Notes: generated by a model not told the origin, from the letters alone. DNA of 61,370 nucleotides from Pseudanabaena sp. UWO311 (GCA_943371725.1 CALRVY020000001.1:1-61370), one strand, 5' to 3'. Positions 50,443 to 60,839 are shown, counted from the stretch's first letter. Numbers and translations: made by a program.

Positions 50443-50969
50443 TGAAAGAGATTTTTTGTAACGAACAGGTTCTTCAAGATTTTGACCAATTAAGATGCGA
50501 GCTAAGGCTTCAAGAAGAAACAACTGGGCAATCAATAACTATTTCTGGAATTCCATATAATGCAATATTGCTAAAGCTTGATATAGATCGACATAATTAT
50601 AAAGTACGTTCGGCGTACCTAAGAAGGGGGCTGGAGTTCATACATAAAGGTTGCGACTACTGTCTAATTTTACCGGACAAACAACTTATTATTCTATTCG
50701 AATTAAAATCTTATAACCCAAAAGGCTACGCCGACCAATTTGCCGCTTCAGAACTTTTCATTGACTATTGTATAAAACTTTGGAATAAATTCAATTGTGA
50801 TGATTCGATTTTTGAGTTTAAAAGAATATTACTAAGCCCCAGGTTTAATTATGGATTTACTAATAAAAAAGAATTGCATAAATTAACTAAAAATGATAGA
50901 TGTAATAATGAAGTTAAAATATACTCCCCAGGATTTCCTTCTAGAATGAGACTTGAAAAGGTTCTGTAA
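50442..50969 (+). CDS. Hypothetical protein with possible PD-(D/E)xK nuclease motif
   Basis: GCDYCLI...IILFELKS; TAATG coupling to the ATPase. Confidence 0.6.
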   Translation: MKEIFCNEQVLQDFDQLRCELRLQEETTGQSITISGIPYNAILLKLDIDRHNYKVRSAYLRRGLEFIHKGCDYCLILPDKQLIILFELKSYNPKGYADQFAASELFIDYCIKLWNKFNCDDSIFEFKRILLSPRFNYGFTNKKELHKLTKNDRCNNEVKIYSPGFPSRMRLEKVL

Positions 50970-51095
50970 AAAATAAGAGGTGCCAATAAGCTTTAAAACC
51001 TTAAAGGCAGTTTTTCCTATTAATCAGCTATAAATTAATCTGTTGATAAAAAGTTACAAACAAAAAGAGATTGTAAGTCATTTAAAATCATATCA

Positions 51096-51521
51096 ATGCG
51101 GGATATCATAAAACGTTTATTAAGAAAACAAAAGATTAATGAGGCTGTAACAATAATTGAGGTTATTGATAAGAAGACAATTAGACGTCAAATCCTTATT
51201 GATTGTTTTTTTAGGAACCATCAACTAATAAAAGACTTTAAACTAGCATTTAGCCGCTATTGTGACATAACCGGAACGTGGAATTCACCAGCTTTTGCAG
51301 ATTCAAATTTAACAAACAGAGCTTATTATGAAACACTAAAACAAGTTTCAGACGAGGAGTATTCTTTTGCTCAATGCGAAGCCGTAAAAACAATAGAAAT
51401 ACATAAACTTGCCGTTGAAGACTACATTAGAAGTTTAGATACGCAGTATAAAAATTTAAAATCACTCTACGATCAGTTAATCAAAAACGAAGGTAAATTT
51501 CCAAACATTTTGCATAAATGA
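51096..51521 (+). CDS. Hypothetical protein
   Basis: 141-aa ORF in an AT-rich island. Confidence 0.55.
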   Translation: MRDIIKRLLRKQKINEAVTIIEVIDKKTIRRQILIDCFFRNHQLIKDFKLAFSRYCDITGTWNSPAFADSNLTNRAYYETLKQVSDEEYSFAQCEAVKTIEIHKLAVEDYIRSLDTQYKNLKSLYDQLIKNEGKFPNILHK

Positions 51522-51643
51522 ATTATCAAAATTGAAAGATAGTAACGCCAAATATCACTTCAATTATAAGTAAACCTTAATTTTCGAAAGAAAGTAATCA
51601 TGATTAAATGAATCATTAAAGTTTAAAAAATAAAGTTTAAGAT

Positions 51644-52156
51644 ATGAAGAAAATGATTTTTTTGTTTTTTGTTTTGCTAGTCAACTTGCCATTTTTTGGA
51701 CAAGAAAAATGCTTCGAAATGAAAGTTAAAAATGATGAAGTAACCGCAAGTACTACTATCTCATCAGATACTATTGAAATTAGTGGTCTTTTAGTTAAAA
51801 TCACAGCAGGAACGCGAAAAGATTCGTATCCAAAAATATTATTTCAGGTAAAAGATGCTTGTATAGACGAGTATTCGCCAATTTTTATCCTATTTGAAAG
51901 CGGTAAAAGAATTAAAAGTACAAATTTTGTTTACGCACATAATTGTGATGGACAAACGGGGTTTATAATTAATAAAAGTCAAAATGAAAAACTACTTTTA
52001 ACCGATAAGATTAAGACAATTAGAATCGATACAAGAGGTAATTATCTTCAAGTTGATTTAACCACAGAACAAGCAGATAAATTGCAAAGAGCACTTAAAT
52101 GTTCTTTTAATAGAAATTCGTGGCAGTCAGAAATTAAGTATAAAGGTAGCTGGTAA
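51644..52156 (+). CDS. Hypothetical secreted protein
   Basis: Signal peptide MKKMIFLFF...FGQ. Confidence 0.7.
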   Translation: MKKMIFLFFVLLVNLPFFGQEKCFEMKVKNDEVTASTTISSDTIEISGLLVKITAGTRKDSYPKILFQVKDACIDEYSPIFILFESGKRIKSTNFVYAHNCDGQTGFIINKSQNEKLLLTDKIKTIRIDTRGNYLQVDLTTEQADKLQRALKCSFNRNSWQSEIKYKGSW

Positions 52157-52275
52157 TGTAGCAAACAAGCTAATTAGCCCTAGAAAGCTTTCTAGTATAA
52201 GGCACTTTCTGAATTTGCACACAAATCATTAAAAAACGACAGAAAACTCCACTAATCATCTCCTGCAACTCTTTT

Positions 52276-52360
52276 CCGCGTTAAGGATGGCAGCGGAAAT
52301 CTTGTTTTGCGCTGCCGCTAACGGCGCAAAAAAAATTGCAGCGAACAGCCTGACGGCGCG
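52276..52360 (-). ncRNA. Short Flavo-1-like structured repeat
   Basis: Minus strand GCCGTCAGGCTGTTCGCTGCAA...GATTTCCGCTGCCATCCTTAACGC. Confidence 0.55.
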
Positions 52361-52476
52361 TGAACTTTTGTTGTTGACGCACTATTTTCGCGCCGGAACG
52401 CCCACATTAAAATACGTACAAAAAAAAGCCGCTCTTAAACGAAACGGCTTCTATACATTTTTTATCTGCTTTAGGT

Positions 52477-53649
52477 TTATCCTCTAAACTTGGCTTCCAG
52501 CTCGTAAACGTGCTCTAAGATTTTAGCATCTTCATCGCTAAAGCTTACGTGGCGGCGCGACATTGCAATTTTTGCCGTCTCAAACGCTTTTTTGGTGAGG
52601 TAAGAGGTAAAACCCGCTGCACCGCCCCAAGAAAATCCGGGTACGAAATTTCTCGGAAAGCCAGCTCCAAAAATATTGGCCGAAACGCCTACAACGGTGC
52701 CGGTGTTAAACATGGTATTGATTCCACATTTGCTGTGATCGCCCATCATTAATCCACAAAATTGCAAGCCTGTTTTTTCAAAACGCTCGGTTTCGTAGCT
52801 CCACAACTTTACTTCTTCGTAATTATTTTTCAAGTTCGAATTATTTGTATCGGCACCTAAATTGCACCATTCGCCGAGTACCGAATTTCCGAGAAAACCG
52901 TCGTGACCTTTATTGGAATACGCGAAAAGTACCGAATTCGAAATCTCTCCTCCTACTCGGCAATGCGGGCCAACAGTAGTTCCGCCGTAGATTTTTGCAC
53001 CCAATTTCACCACTGCCTGCTCGCACAATGCAAACGGACCGCGGATGATACTTCCTTCCATAATTTCGGTGTCTTTACCAATATAAATAGGGCCGCCAGA
53101 TGCATTTAACGTCACAAACTCCAACTTCGCACCTTCTTCGATAAAGATATTTTCGGCCGCAATGGTTTGAACTGATTTTGGAATGGGTTGTGAACTGCGA
53201 TCGGACGTTAGCAATTCGAAATCGTCGCGAATCGCAGCGTCGTTTTTAGAAAAAATGTCGTGAGGTTTTTGGATGCTTACCACATCTTCGGGTACTTCTA
53301 GAATTTCGTACTGGTCGAAATCAATTTCCTCTTGAACCGAGGTCGTAAAAAAGGCAATAATATCACCATTCTTCGCAATGGCTTGGTTGGCCTCGAGGTT
53401 TTGAACCATTTCCACGAGTACATTACTGGGCATTACAGACGCATCGATCATGATGTTTTCGTCGAGTTCGACCATGGGGAATTTCTCGGAAAGATATTCT
53501 TCAGTGAGCGTTGTGATTGTGTTTCCGAGATGGCGTTCCCATTTTTCGCGAATGGTTAGAATACCTATGCGGATATCGGCAACAGGTCGGGTAAACGTAA
53601 AAGGTAGTAAGGCATTTCGGTGCGGGCCGTCGTAAAGGATGTAATTCAT
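52477..53649 (-). CDS. GlmU-family sugar nucleotidyltransferase-like protein (hexapeptide repeats)
   Basis: LLPFTFTRP..IRIGI, KGHDGFLG and NLGADTNNSNLKN motifs. Confidence 0.85.
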   Translation of the reverse strand: MNYILYDGPHRNALLPFTFTRPVADIRIGILTIREKWERHLGNTITTLTEEYLSEKFPMVELDENIMIDASVMPSNVLVEMVQNLEANQAIAKNGDIIAFFTTSVQEEIDFDQYEILEVPEDVVSIQKPHDIFSKNDAAIRDDFELLTSDRSSQPIPKSVQTIAAENIFIEEGAKLEFVTLNASGGPIYIGKDTEIMEGSIIRGPFALCEQAVVKLGAKIYGGTTVGPHCRVGGEISNSVLFAYSNKGHDGFLGNSVLGEWCNLGADTNNSNLKNNYEEVKLWSYETERFEKTGLQFCGLMMGDHSKCGINTMFNTGTVVGVSANIFGAGFPRNFVPGFSWGGAAGFTSYLTKKAFETAKIAMSRRHVSFSDEDAKILEHVYELEAKFRG

Positions 53650-53748
53650 GGTTTCAAAAGAATGATGCTAAAGGTACGAAGCTCCGCGAAAATGCAGGCA
53701 AAAAAAAACCTCCCGAATTTCGAGAGGCTTATAGGATAGCAAAACAGC

Positions 53749-54000
53749 TTATTTAATGTGCTTCGCGTATTTGTTTTTGAATTTGTCGATACGACCAGCA
53801 GTATCGATAAGTTTAGATTTACCTGTGTAAAAAGGGTGAGAAGATCTAGAGATTTCCATCTTTACAACTGGATACTCTACACCTTCGTGAACGATGGTTT
53901 CTCTAGTATCAGCAGTAGATTTAGTGATGTACACTTCTTCGTTAGACATGTCTTTAAAAGCGACTAATCTGTAATTTTCCGGGTGGATTCCTTTTTTCAT
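53749..54000 (-). CDS. rpmE: 50S ribosomal protein L31 type B
   Basis: MKKGIHP...SHPFYTG...TAGRIDKF; no Cys. Confidence 0.95.
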   Translation of the reverse strand: MKKGIHPENYRLVAFKDMSNEEVYITKSTADTRETIVHEGVEYPVVKMEISRSSHPFYTGKSKLIDTAGRIDKFKNKYAKHIK

Positions 54001-54150
54001 GGTTTTTCTATTTGTGTCGTACTTTAGGTTGATGCTTTCGAAAACGAAAGGTATTCCGCCGGTTCCGACTTTTATTATCAGTTCAAATTTGAGAGCGCAA
54101 ATGTACAACTATATTTAAATCAGAAAAATAATTACACGAATAAAGTTGCA

Positions 54151-54735
54151 ATGAATTTTATAAATTTAAGCACATCTTACTTTTACTATCTTTACAACCG
54201 TAATTTTTACGATTTGAATACGCGAAACATTCTTGCTTTAGGTTACGGTTTAGCTGGCGCAGCCGTGTACATTCTTTTACAGAGTTATTTATACTTCTTC
54301 AATCCGCATTTAGCAACGAATTTGTGGTTTGGCTTGGTTTTATTTACAGTACTTATTTTGTTTCCTGCGGTAGCCGTTTATCGGTATCGAAAGTTACTTA
54401 AATACATTTCATTTAAAGAGGCGTTTGGCACTTTTTTTCTTTCTTTACTGGCAATGATTGTATTGATTTTCATTTATAATACCTTTGTTTTAAATGTCTT
54501 ATATTCTGATGAGCAAGTGCTTTTTCTGAAAAATTTACAGACTGAATTTAATATCAGCATCATGGAACAGAGCAATGCAAAGGCTGCGGATATTAAAGAG
54601 GCACGAAAGTTGTCGGCCGAGATGGATCCGAGAGCAATAAGCGGTTTGTTTCGGCAATCGCTCATAAAACTTTTACTAATGAGTATTATCGGTATGCTTT
54701 ACTCGCTACTGATGAAAAACAAAGCTACTGTATAA
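54151..54735 (+). CDS. DUF4199 membrane protein
   Basis: Four TM helices and ISFKEAF motif; true start probably downstream. Confidence 0.7.
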   Translation: MNFINLSTSYFYYLYNRNFYDLNTRNILALGYGLAGAAVYILLQSYLYFFNPHLATNLWFGLVLFTVLILFPAVAVYRYRKLLKYISFKEAFGTFFLSLLAMIVLIFIYNTFVLNVLYSDEQVLFLKNLQTEFNISIMEQSNAKAADIKEARKLSAEMDPRAISGLFRQSLIKLLLMSIIGMLYSLLMKNKATV

Positions 54736-54739
54736 TTAC

Positions 54740-55693
54740 ATGAATATCAGCGTCGTAATACCTTTATTAAACGAGCAAGAATCGCTGCCAGAATTGCACG
54801 CTTGGATTACCAAAGTAATGCACGAAAACAGCTACAGTTATGAAGTCATTTTTATTGACGATGGCAGTACTGATCGATCGTGGAACATTATTTCAGACTT
54901 AGCTCTTGCCGACAGCCACGTTCGGGGTTTACGATTTCTGACCAATTACGGAAAATCGCAAGCCTTACACGCCGGTTTTGCCGCAGCTTCAGGCGATGTC
55001 GTTATCACTATGGATGCCGATTTACAAGACAATCCGGAGGAAATTCCAGCGCTGTTCCAAATGATAACCGCCGACAATTACGACTTAGTTTCAGGTTGGA
55101 AAAAGAAGCGTTTTGATGATGTAGTGACCAAAAACCTACCTTCCAAACTTTTTAATTGGGCAGCGCGACGAACTTCCGGCTTAGATCTTAACGACTTCAA
55201 TTGCGGTTTAAAAGCATACAAAAATCAAGTGGTTAAAAATATTGAAGTTAGTGGCGAAATGCACCGATACATTCCTGTTTTAGCCAAAAATGCTGGTTTT
55301 AGAAAAATCGGTGAAAAAGTAGTGAAGCACCAAGCGCGCAAATACGGCGAAACCAAATTTGGTATGGAACGTTTTATAAACGGATTTTTAGACTTGATTA
55401 CGATTTGGTTTTTGTCGCGTTTTGGAAAACGTCCGATGCACTTATTTGGCGCGATGGGTTCGGTGATGTTTATCATCGGATTTTTAGCTGCTGGTTTTAT
55501 CGGAATCAATAAGCTCGTTCGCTTATACAGCGATATGCCCACAATACGAGTTACTGAAAATCCGTGGTTTTACATTGCGTTAACGACTATGATTATCGGA
55601 ACACAACTTTTTTTAGCGGGCTTTTTGGGCGAAATTATTTTACGAACCAAGAACAACGAACCGAGATACAAAATAGCAGAAGAAACTAACTAA
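54740..55693 (+). CDS. Glycosyltransferase family 2 (DPM1/ArnC-like)
   Basis: DDGSTD, MDADLQD, DFNCG and EMHRYIP motifs; C-terminal TMs. Confidence 0.9.
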   Translation: MNISVVIPLLNEQESLPELHAWITKVMHENSYSYEVIFIDDGSTDRSWNIISDLALADSHVRGLRFLTNYGKSQALHAGFAAASGDVVITMDADLQDNPEEIPALFQMITADNYDLVSGWKKKRFDDVVTKNLPSKLFNWAARRTSGLDLNDFNCGLKAYKNQVVKNIEVSGEMHRYIPVLAKNAGFRKIGEKVVKHQARKYGETKFGMERFINGFLDLITIWFLSRFGKRPMHLFGAMGSVMFIIGFLAAGFIGINKLVRLYSDMPTIRVTENPWFYIALTTMIIGTQLFLAGFLGEIILRTKNNEPRYKIAEETN

Positions 55694-55706
55694 TAAGACA
55701 ACTATT

Positions 55707-57431
55707 ATGGTTAACACAGACATCTTAGCAAAAATTAATACTTGGAAATCGGATATTTTTGATTCCGAAACACAAAAACAACTACTTGACCTAGAAGCTC
55801 TTGGCGAAAAAGAGCTTACCGAAGCTTTTTACAAAGACTTGGAGTTTGGAACAGGCGGCATGCGCGGAATTATGGGTGTTGGAACAAACCGCATCAATAA
55901 ATATACTTTAGGAAAGAGTACGCAAGGTTTATCTGATTATTTGCACTCTAGTTTTCCGAATCAAGAAATTTCGGTAGCTATTGCCTACGATTGTCGCCAC
56001 AATAGCGATACCCTAGCTCATGTAGTTGCCAATGTTTTTTCGGCAAACAACATAAAAGTGTATTTATTTGAATCGCTCCGACCTACACCAGAATTGAGTT
56101 TCGCGGTACGCAAATTGCAATGTCATGCAGGTATTGTGCTTACTGCATCGCACAATCCGCCGGAATACAACGGTTATAAAGTGTATTGGAACGACGGCGG
56201 ACAATTAGTTCCGCCTCAGGATAAAGAACTTATCGCTGTAATTGATGCCTTGCACTATCAAGATATTAAGTTTGAACCTAAACCGGAACATATTACTAAA
56301 ATAGGAGCTGAAATCGACCAGGCTTTTATAACGAGTACTATTCAAAATGCAACTATTTTGCAAAAAGAAGGTGCTCGAAACGACTTGAAGATCGTTTTTA
56401 CTTCGCTTCACGGGACATCCATAACTGTTGTGCCAGAAACTTTAAAGCAAGCGGGCTACACCCAAGTTCATCTTGTCGACGAGCAAAAAACGCCCGACGG
56501 AAATTTTCCAACGGTAGTTTCTCCAAATCCAGAAGAACCCGAAGCATTGACTTTGGCTTTAGCTTTAGCTGAAAAAGTGGAAGCTGATATCGTAATTGGA
56601 ACCGATCCAGACTGCGATCGTCTTGGAGTTGCCGTTCGTAACAACGAAGGTTCGATGGAATTGCTGAATGGAAATCAATTAATGATTTTACTGACTGCCT
56701 TTTTGTTGGAAAAGTGGAAATCGGAAAATAAAATTAATGGAAAACAATTTGTGGGAAGTACGATTGTTTCAACACCGATGATGCACGCTTTAGCAGAATC
56801 GTACGATGTACGTTGCATGGTTGGCTTAACTGGATTCAAGTGGATTGCCAAAATGATTAAAGACCATCCGGAATTGGAATTTATAGGTGGTGGCGAAGAA
56901 AGTTTTGGCTATATGGTTGGCGATAATGTGCGCGATAAAGACGCGGTTGCCTCTACTCTACTCGCTTGTGAATTAGCAGCATACGCAAAAGCAAATGGTA
57001 GTTCCGTTTATAAAGAACTTGAAAATTTATATTTGGATTTGGGTTACTTCCATGAAACATTAATCAGCTTAACCAAAAAAGGAATCGACGGTTTGGCAGA
57101 AATTCAAGCGATGATGACCGGTTTCCGCAGCAACCCACCGAAAGTAGTTGCTGGTGAACAAGTTGTTATGATAGAAGATTACCATACTTCGAAAGCTCAC
57201 GATTTTACAAGTGGAACAGAACTCACGCTCGATCTACCGAAATCAGATGTATTGATTTTCTATTTAGCTGATGGCTCTAAAATCGCAATGCGCCCAAGTG
57301 GAACTGAACCCAAAATTAAATTCTACGTAAGTGTGCAAGCAGCAGTCGATTCTTCAACTGCACTGCAAGCAGCAAAAACACAATCTAAAAATCGTGTTGC
57401 CGCTATCGTAAGCGATCTAAACCTGAAATAA
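55707..57431 (+). CDS. pgm: Phosphoglucomutase/phosphomannomutase
   Basis: FGTGG, TASHNP, DPDCDR, GEES and RPSGTEPK motifs. Confidence 0.92.
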   Translation: MVNTDILAKINTWKSDIFDSETQKQLLDLEALGEKELTEAFYKDLEFGTGGMRGIMGVGTNRINKYTLGKSTQGLSDYLHSSFPNQEISVAIAYDCRHNSDTLAHVVANVFSANNIKVYLFESLRPTPELSFAVRKLQCHAGIVLTASHNPPEYNGYKVYWNDGGQLVPPQDKELIAVIDALHYQDIKFEPKPEHITKIGAEIDQAFITSTIQNATILQKEGARNDLKIVFTSLHGTSITVVPETLKQAGYTQVHLVDEQKTPDGNFPTVVSPNPEEPEALTLALALAEKVEADIVIGTDPDCDRLGVAVRNNEGSMELLNGNQLMILLTAFLLEKWKSENKINGKQFVGSTIVSTPMMHALAESYDVRCMVGLTGFKWIAKMIKDHPELEFIGGGEESFGYMVGDNVRDKDAVASTLLACELAAYAKANGSSVYKELENLYLDLGYFHETLISLTKKGIDGLAEIQAMMTGFRSNPPKVVAGEQVVMIEDYHTSKAHDFTSGTELTLDLPKSDVLIFYLADGSKIAMRPSGTEPKIKFYVSVQAAVDSSTALQAAKTQSKNRVAAIVSDLNLK

Positions 57432-59260
57432 TGAGTAATTTTAAAAGGCTATTGCCTTACGCGCTTCCGTACAAACGATTTGCGTTTTTGAATATTTTCT
57501 TCAACATTTTGTACGCGCTGTTCAGTACTTTATCGTTCGTAGCGCTCATTCCGATGTTGCAGGTTTTGTTTGACCAAACGAAACAAGTACGGAATAAACC
57601 CGTTTTTACAAGCATTTACGAATTAAAGGCCTATTTGCAAGACAATTTGAGCTATTACATTACGCACACCACAGATACGTACGGTGAAGAGCGAACTTTA
57701 GCTGTAATGATAACCGGAATTATCAGTATTTTTTTACTGAAAAATCTGGCCGACTATTTTGCCATGTTCTTTATTACATTTCTAAGAAACGGACTTTTGC
57801 AAGACATTCGAAATGCGATGTATCGGAAAATTGTAGAGTTGCCATTATCGTATTTCTCTGAAAAGCGAAAAGGAGACGTCATTGCGCGTATTTCGAACGA
57901 TGTGAACGAAGTTCAAAATTCGTATTTGATTATTTTGGAAATGGCTGTTAAAGAACCTCTTACAATCATTTTCACCATCATAATGATGTTTGGAATCAGT
58001 GTAAAACTCACTTTATTTGTTTTTATCTTTATTCCAATTTCCGGATATGTTATCAGTCTTATCGGAAAACAACTTAAAAAGCAGTCGGGCCGTGCGCAAG
58101 TGGAACAAGGTATCTTCTTATCCACGATCGAAGAAACATTAGGCGGATTGAAAGTAGTGAAGAGTTTTAATGCCGAAAAACGATTTATCAACACATTTAA
58201 AAAATCTACCAATAAGTTTTTTCACTTATCAAACACGATTTCACACCGACAAAATTTAGCTTCTCCGGTGAGTGAGTTTATGGGAATTGTTACCATAGCC
58301 GTTTTATTATGGTACGGCGGACATATGGTTTTGATTGAGAAATCGCTGCAAGGAGCACAGTTTATTGCTTATATGGGATTGGCATACAACATTTTAACTC
58401 CTGCCAAAGCCATTTCTCGAGCAAGTTACGCAGTGAAACGTGGAAATGCCGCTGCCGATCGAATTTTGGAAATCTTAGAAACTGAGAATCCAATCGTAGA
58501 TGAAAAAGACAGCGTAGTAAAAACAGCTTTCGATGACTCCGTTCGTTTAGAACAAGTGACATTTGCGTATGAAGATGAACCTGTTTTAAAGAACTTTTCG
58601 CTGGAAATCCCCAAAGGAAAAACGGTTGCTTTAGTCGGACAAAGTGGTTCTGGAAAATCGACCATTGCCAATTTGCTTACTCGATTTTACGATGTACAAC
58701 AAGGAACCATTGCTATCGATGGAACACCAATAAAGAAAATGACTTTAGAGTCGCTGCGCAATTTAGTTGGAATGGTTACTCAAGACAGCATTTTGTTTAA
58801 CGCAAGTATTCGCGAAAATCTTTTGTTGGGAAAACCAAATGCTACCGACGAGGACTTGCAAGCTGCTTTAGATATTGCCAACGCAACCGAGTTTGTTCGT
58901 TTACTTCCAAACGGTATCGACACGAATATCGGCGATAGTGGGAACAAGTTATCCGGAGGTCAGAAGCAGCGTTTGTCGATTGCTCGCGCGGTTTTGAAGA
59001 ATCCACCGATTATGATTTTGGATGAAGCGACCTCAGCTTTGGATACCGAAAGTGAAAAATTTGTGCAAGTGGCTCTGGAAAATATGATGCAAAACCGAAC
59101 TTCAATCGTAATTGCACACCGTTTATCGACCATTCAAAACGCCGATTTGATCGTGGTTTTGAATCAGGGTGAAATTGTAGAACAAGGCACGCACGAAAGT
59201 TTACTTGCGGAAAAAGGCACCTATTTTAAATTGGTGAACATGCAATCGTTTGAACGATAA
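57431..59260 (+). CDS. ABC transporter permease/ATPase (MsbA-like)
   Basis: TMD plus GQSGSGKS, LSGGQ and ILDEATS motifs. Confidence 0.9.
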   Translation: MSNFKRLLPYALPYKRFAFLNIFFNILYALFSTLSFVALIPMLQVLFDQTKQVRNKPVFTSIYELKAYLQDNLSYYITHTTDTYGEERTLAVMITGIISIFLLKNLADYFAMFFITFLRNGLLQDIRNAMYRKIVELPLSYFSEKRKGDVIARISNDVNEVQNSYLIILEMAVKEPLTIIFTIIMMFGISVKLTLFVFIFIPISGYVISLIGKQLKKQSGRAQVEQGIFLSTIEETLGGLKVVKSFNAEKRFINTFKKSTNKFFHLSNTISHRQNLASPVSEFMGIVTIAVLLWYGGHMVLIEKSLQGAQFIAYMGLAYNILTPAKAISRASYAVKRGNAAADRILEILETENPIVDEKDSVVKTAFDDSVRLEQVTFAYEDEPVLKNFSLEIPKGKTVALVGQSGSGKSTIANLLTRFYDVQQGTIAIDGTPIKKMTLESLRNLVGMVTQDSILFNASIRENLLLGKPNATDEDLQAALDIANATEFVRLLPNGIDTNIGDSGNKLSGGQKQRLSIARAVLKNPPIMILDEATSALDTESEKFVQVALENMMQNRTSIVIAHRLSTIQNADLIVVLNQGEIVEQGTHESLLAEKGTYFKLVNMQSFER

Positions 59261-59294
59261 GACATAACTTTAGCAATCAATAAATGGTTTATAC

Positions 59295-59996
59295 ATGTTT
59301 GTTGAAAATGCTGAAATTGCGCTGACATCCGACCCAAATATGATTATTTGGAAATACCTCGATTTATCCAAATTCGTTGACTTGCTGCTGTACAAAAAGC
59401 TTTTTATGTCGCGCTCGGACAAATTCGAAGACCAATACGAGGGTACTTTTAGCGAACCTACGTACGAAGAAATCAAAAAACTAGCCGAGTACAAGCCTGG
59501 ATTTCTCGATTATTACAAAGCGCAACGCAAAAAAGTCGTGATTAGCAGTTGGCATATCAACGAATACGAATCGTTTGCCATGTGGCAGATTTTTACCCAA
59601 CGCAACGAAGGTTTAGCGATACAAACTACTTTAGGACGTTTGCAACAAGCGCTTTCCGCAAACGAAGAATATGTGCAACACATCGGAGAAGTTAATTACA
59701 TCGACTACAAAAAAGAGCACATTCCGTTTGAGAATCCGTATTTTCCATTCTTGTTTAAACGAAAGAGCTTTCAATACGAACGTGAAATCCGTGTGATTAC
59801 GGATGTTTCGCCTTACGGTTTAGAAATCGACAACGGCTTGAAAATCGAAATCGACATTGATACCTTAATCGACTGCATTTACATTCATCCCAAATCCGAA
59901 AATTGGTACAAGAATTTAGTTATCGAACTGGTTCGGCGCTTGGGTTTTGATTTCCGAGTGGAAAAATCAGATCTGGAGAGTGCTATTTTGATTTGA
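59295..59996 (+). CDS. DUF2971-like protein
   Basis: IWKY, FEDQYEG, SWH...ES.AMW and KRKSFQYERE.R motifs. Confidence 0.65.
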   Translation: MFVENAEIALTSDPNMIIWKYLDLSKFVDLLLYKKLFMSRSDKFEDQYEGTFSEPTYEEIKKLAEYKPGFLDYYKAQRKKVVISSWHINEYESFAMWQIFTQRNEGLAIQTTLGRLQQALSANEEYVQHIGEVNYIDYKKEHIPFENPYFPFLFKRKSFQYEREIRVITDVSPYGLEIDNGLKIEIDIDTLIDCIYIHPKSENWYKNLVIELVRRLGFDFRVEKSDLESAILI

Positions 59997-60071
59997 TAAT
60001 TGTTAATTTTTTCAAAAAATCTATTACTTTCACAAACGATTTTTGGTTCGAATATCTAAACAATTGCGTCT

Positions 60072-60839
60072 ATGGAATTTGAGGTTATCTGTAAGAATTG
60101 CGAAAGTACTACAAGTGGTAAATATTGTTCTAATTGTGGTCAAAAAACGGCAACGGTTCGTTTAGATCGGAAATACCTCATCGAAGAGATAAAATACACC
60201 TTTCTCCACCTAAACAAAGGATTAACATTCACTATTAAAGAACTTTACACGCGCCCTGGACATACCGTTAGAGAATTTTTAGAAGGAAAACGAATAAACC
60301 ACTACAAACCTGTTTTATTGGTTTTTGTTTTGGGAGGTATTGCGGGTTTAACGATGCATTATTTTGATTACGTAGAACAAAATTTAACAATAGTTGGCGG
60401 CACCAAAAAAGAAGTAACTAGTGTAAAAACGGCTATACAATGGATGATCGATCATTACGCCCTTTTTAATATTTTATTGATTCCGATTTTTGCCTTTTGT
60501 TCTTGGCTTTCCTTCAAAAAATACGGATACAATTACATTGAAAACATAGTAATTAACTGTTTTATTGGTGCTCAAATACTCGTTTACACCATCGTATTAA
60601 CTCCAATTAAATACGCATTAATTATCAATGGCGTATCGCCCTTACTAGCTACACTGCTTGATTTTCCATCGTATTTTTTACCAGCCTGGTTGTACGTTCA
60701 ATTATACAACAAACAAGAACTTGGCTTTGTGATTTTAAGAATGTTATTACTACTGTTCTTATTCTTTGTGGTTTTTGTGATTTTAACCTTAGCCATCTCC
60801 CTTATCGGGTACTTTGGCGGATTTATCACGGCAAAGTAA
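60072..60839 (+). CDS. DUF3667 zinc-ribbon membrane protein
   Basis: CKNC...YCSNCGQ, RPG...FLEGKR and TM helices. Confidence 0.85.
   Translation: MEFEVICKNCESTTSGKYCSNCGQKTATVRLDRKYLIEEIKYTFLHLNKGLTFTIKELYTRPGHTVREFLEGKRINHYKPVLLVFVLGGIAGLTMHYFDYVEQNLTIVGGTKKEVTSVKTAIQWMIDHYALFNILLIPIFAFCSWLSFKKYGYNYIENIVINCFIGAQILVYTIVLTPIKYALIINGVSPLLATLLDFPSYFLPAWLYVQLYNKQELGFVILRMLLLLFLFFVVFVILTLAISLIGYFGGFITAK

Noticed and set aside
50970-51643. Integron attC sites between island ORFs
   Set aside because: No convincing RYYYAAC...GTTRRRY paired boxes could be identified by eye, and no integrase is present.
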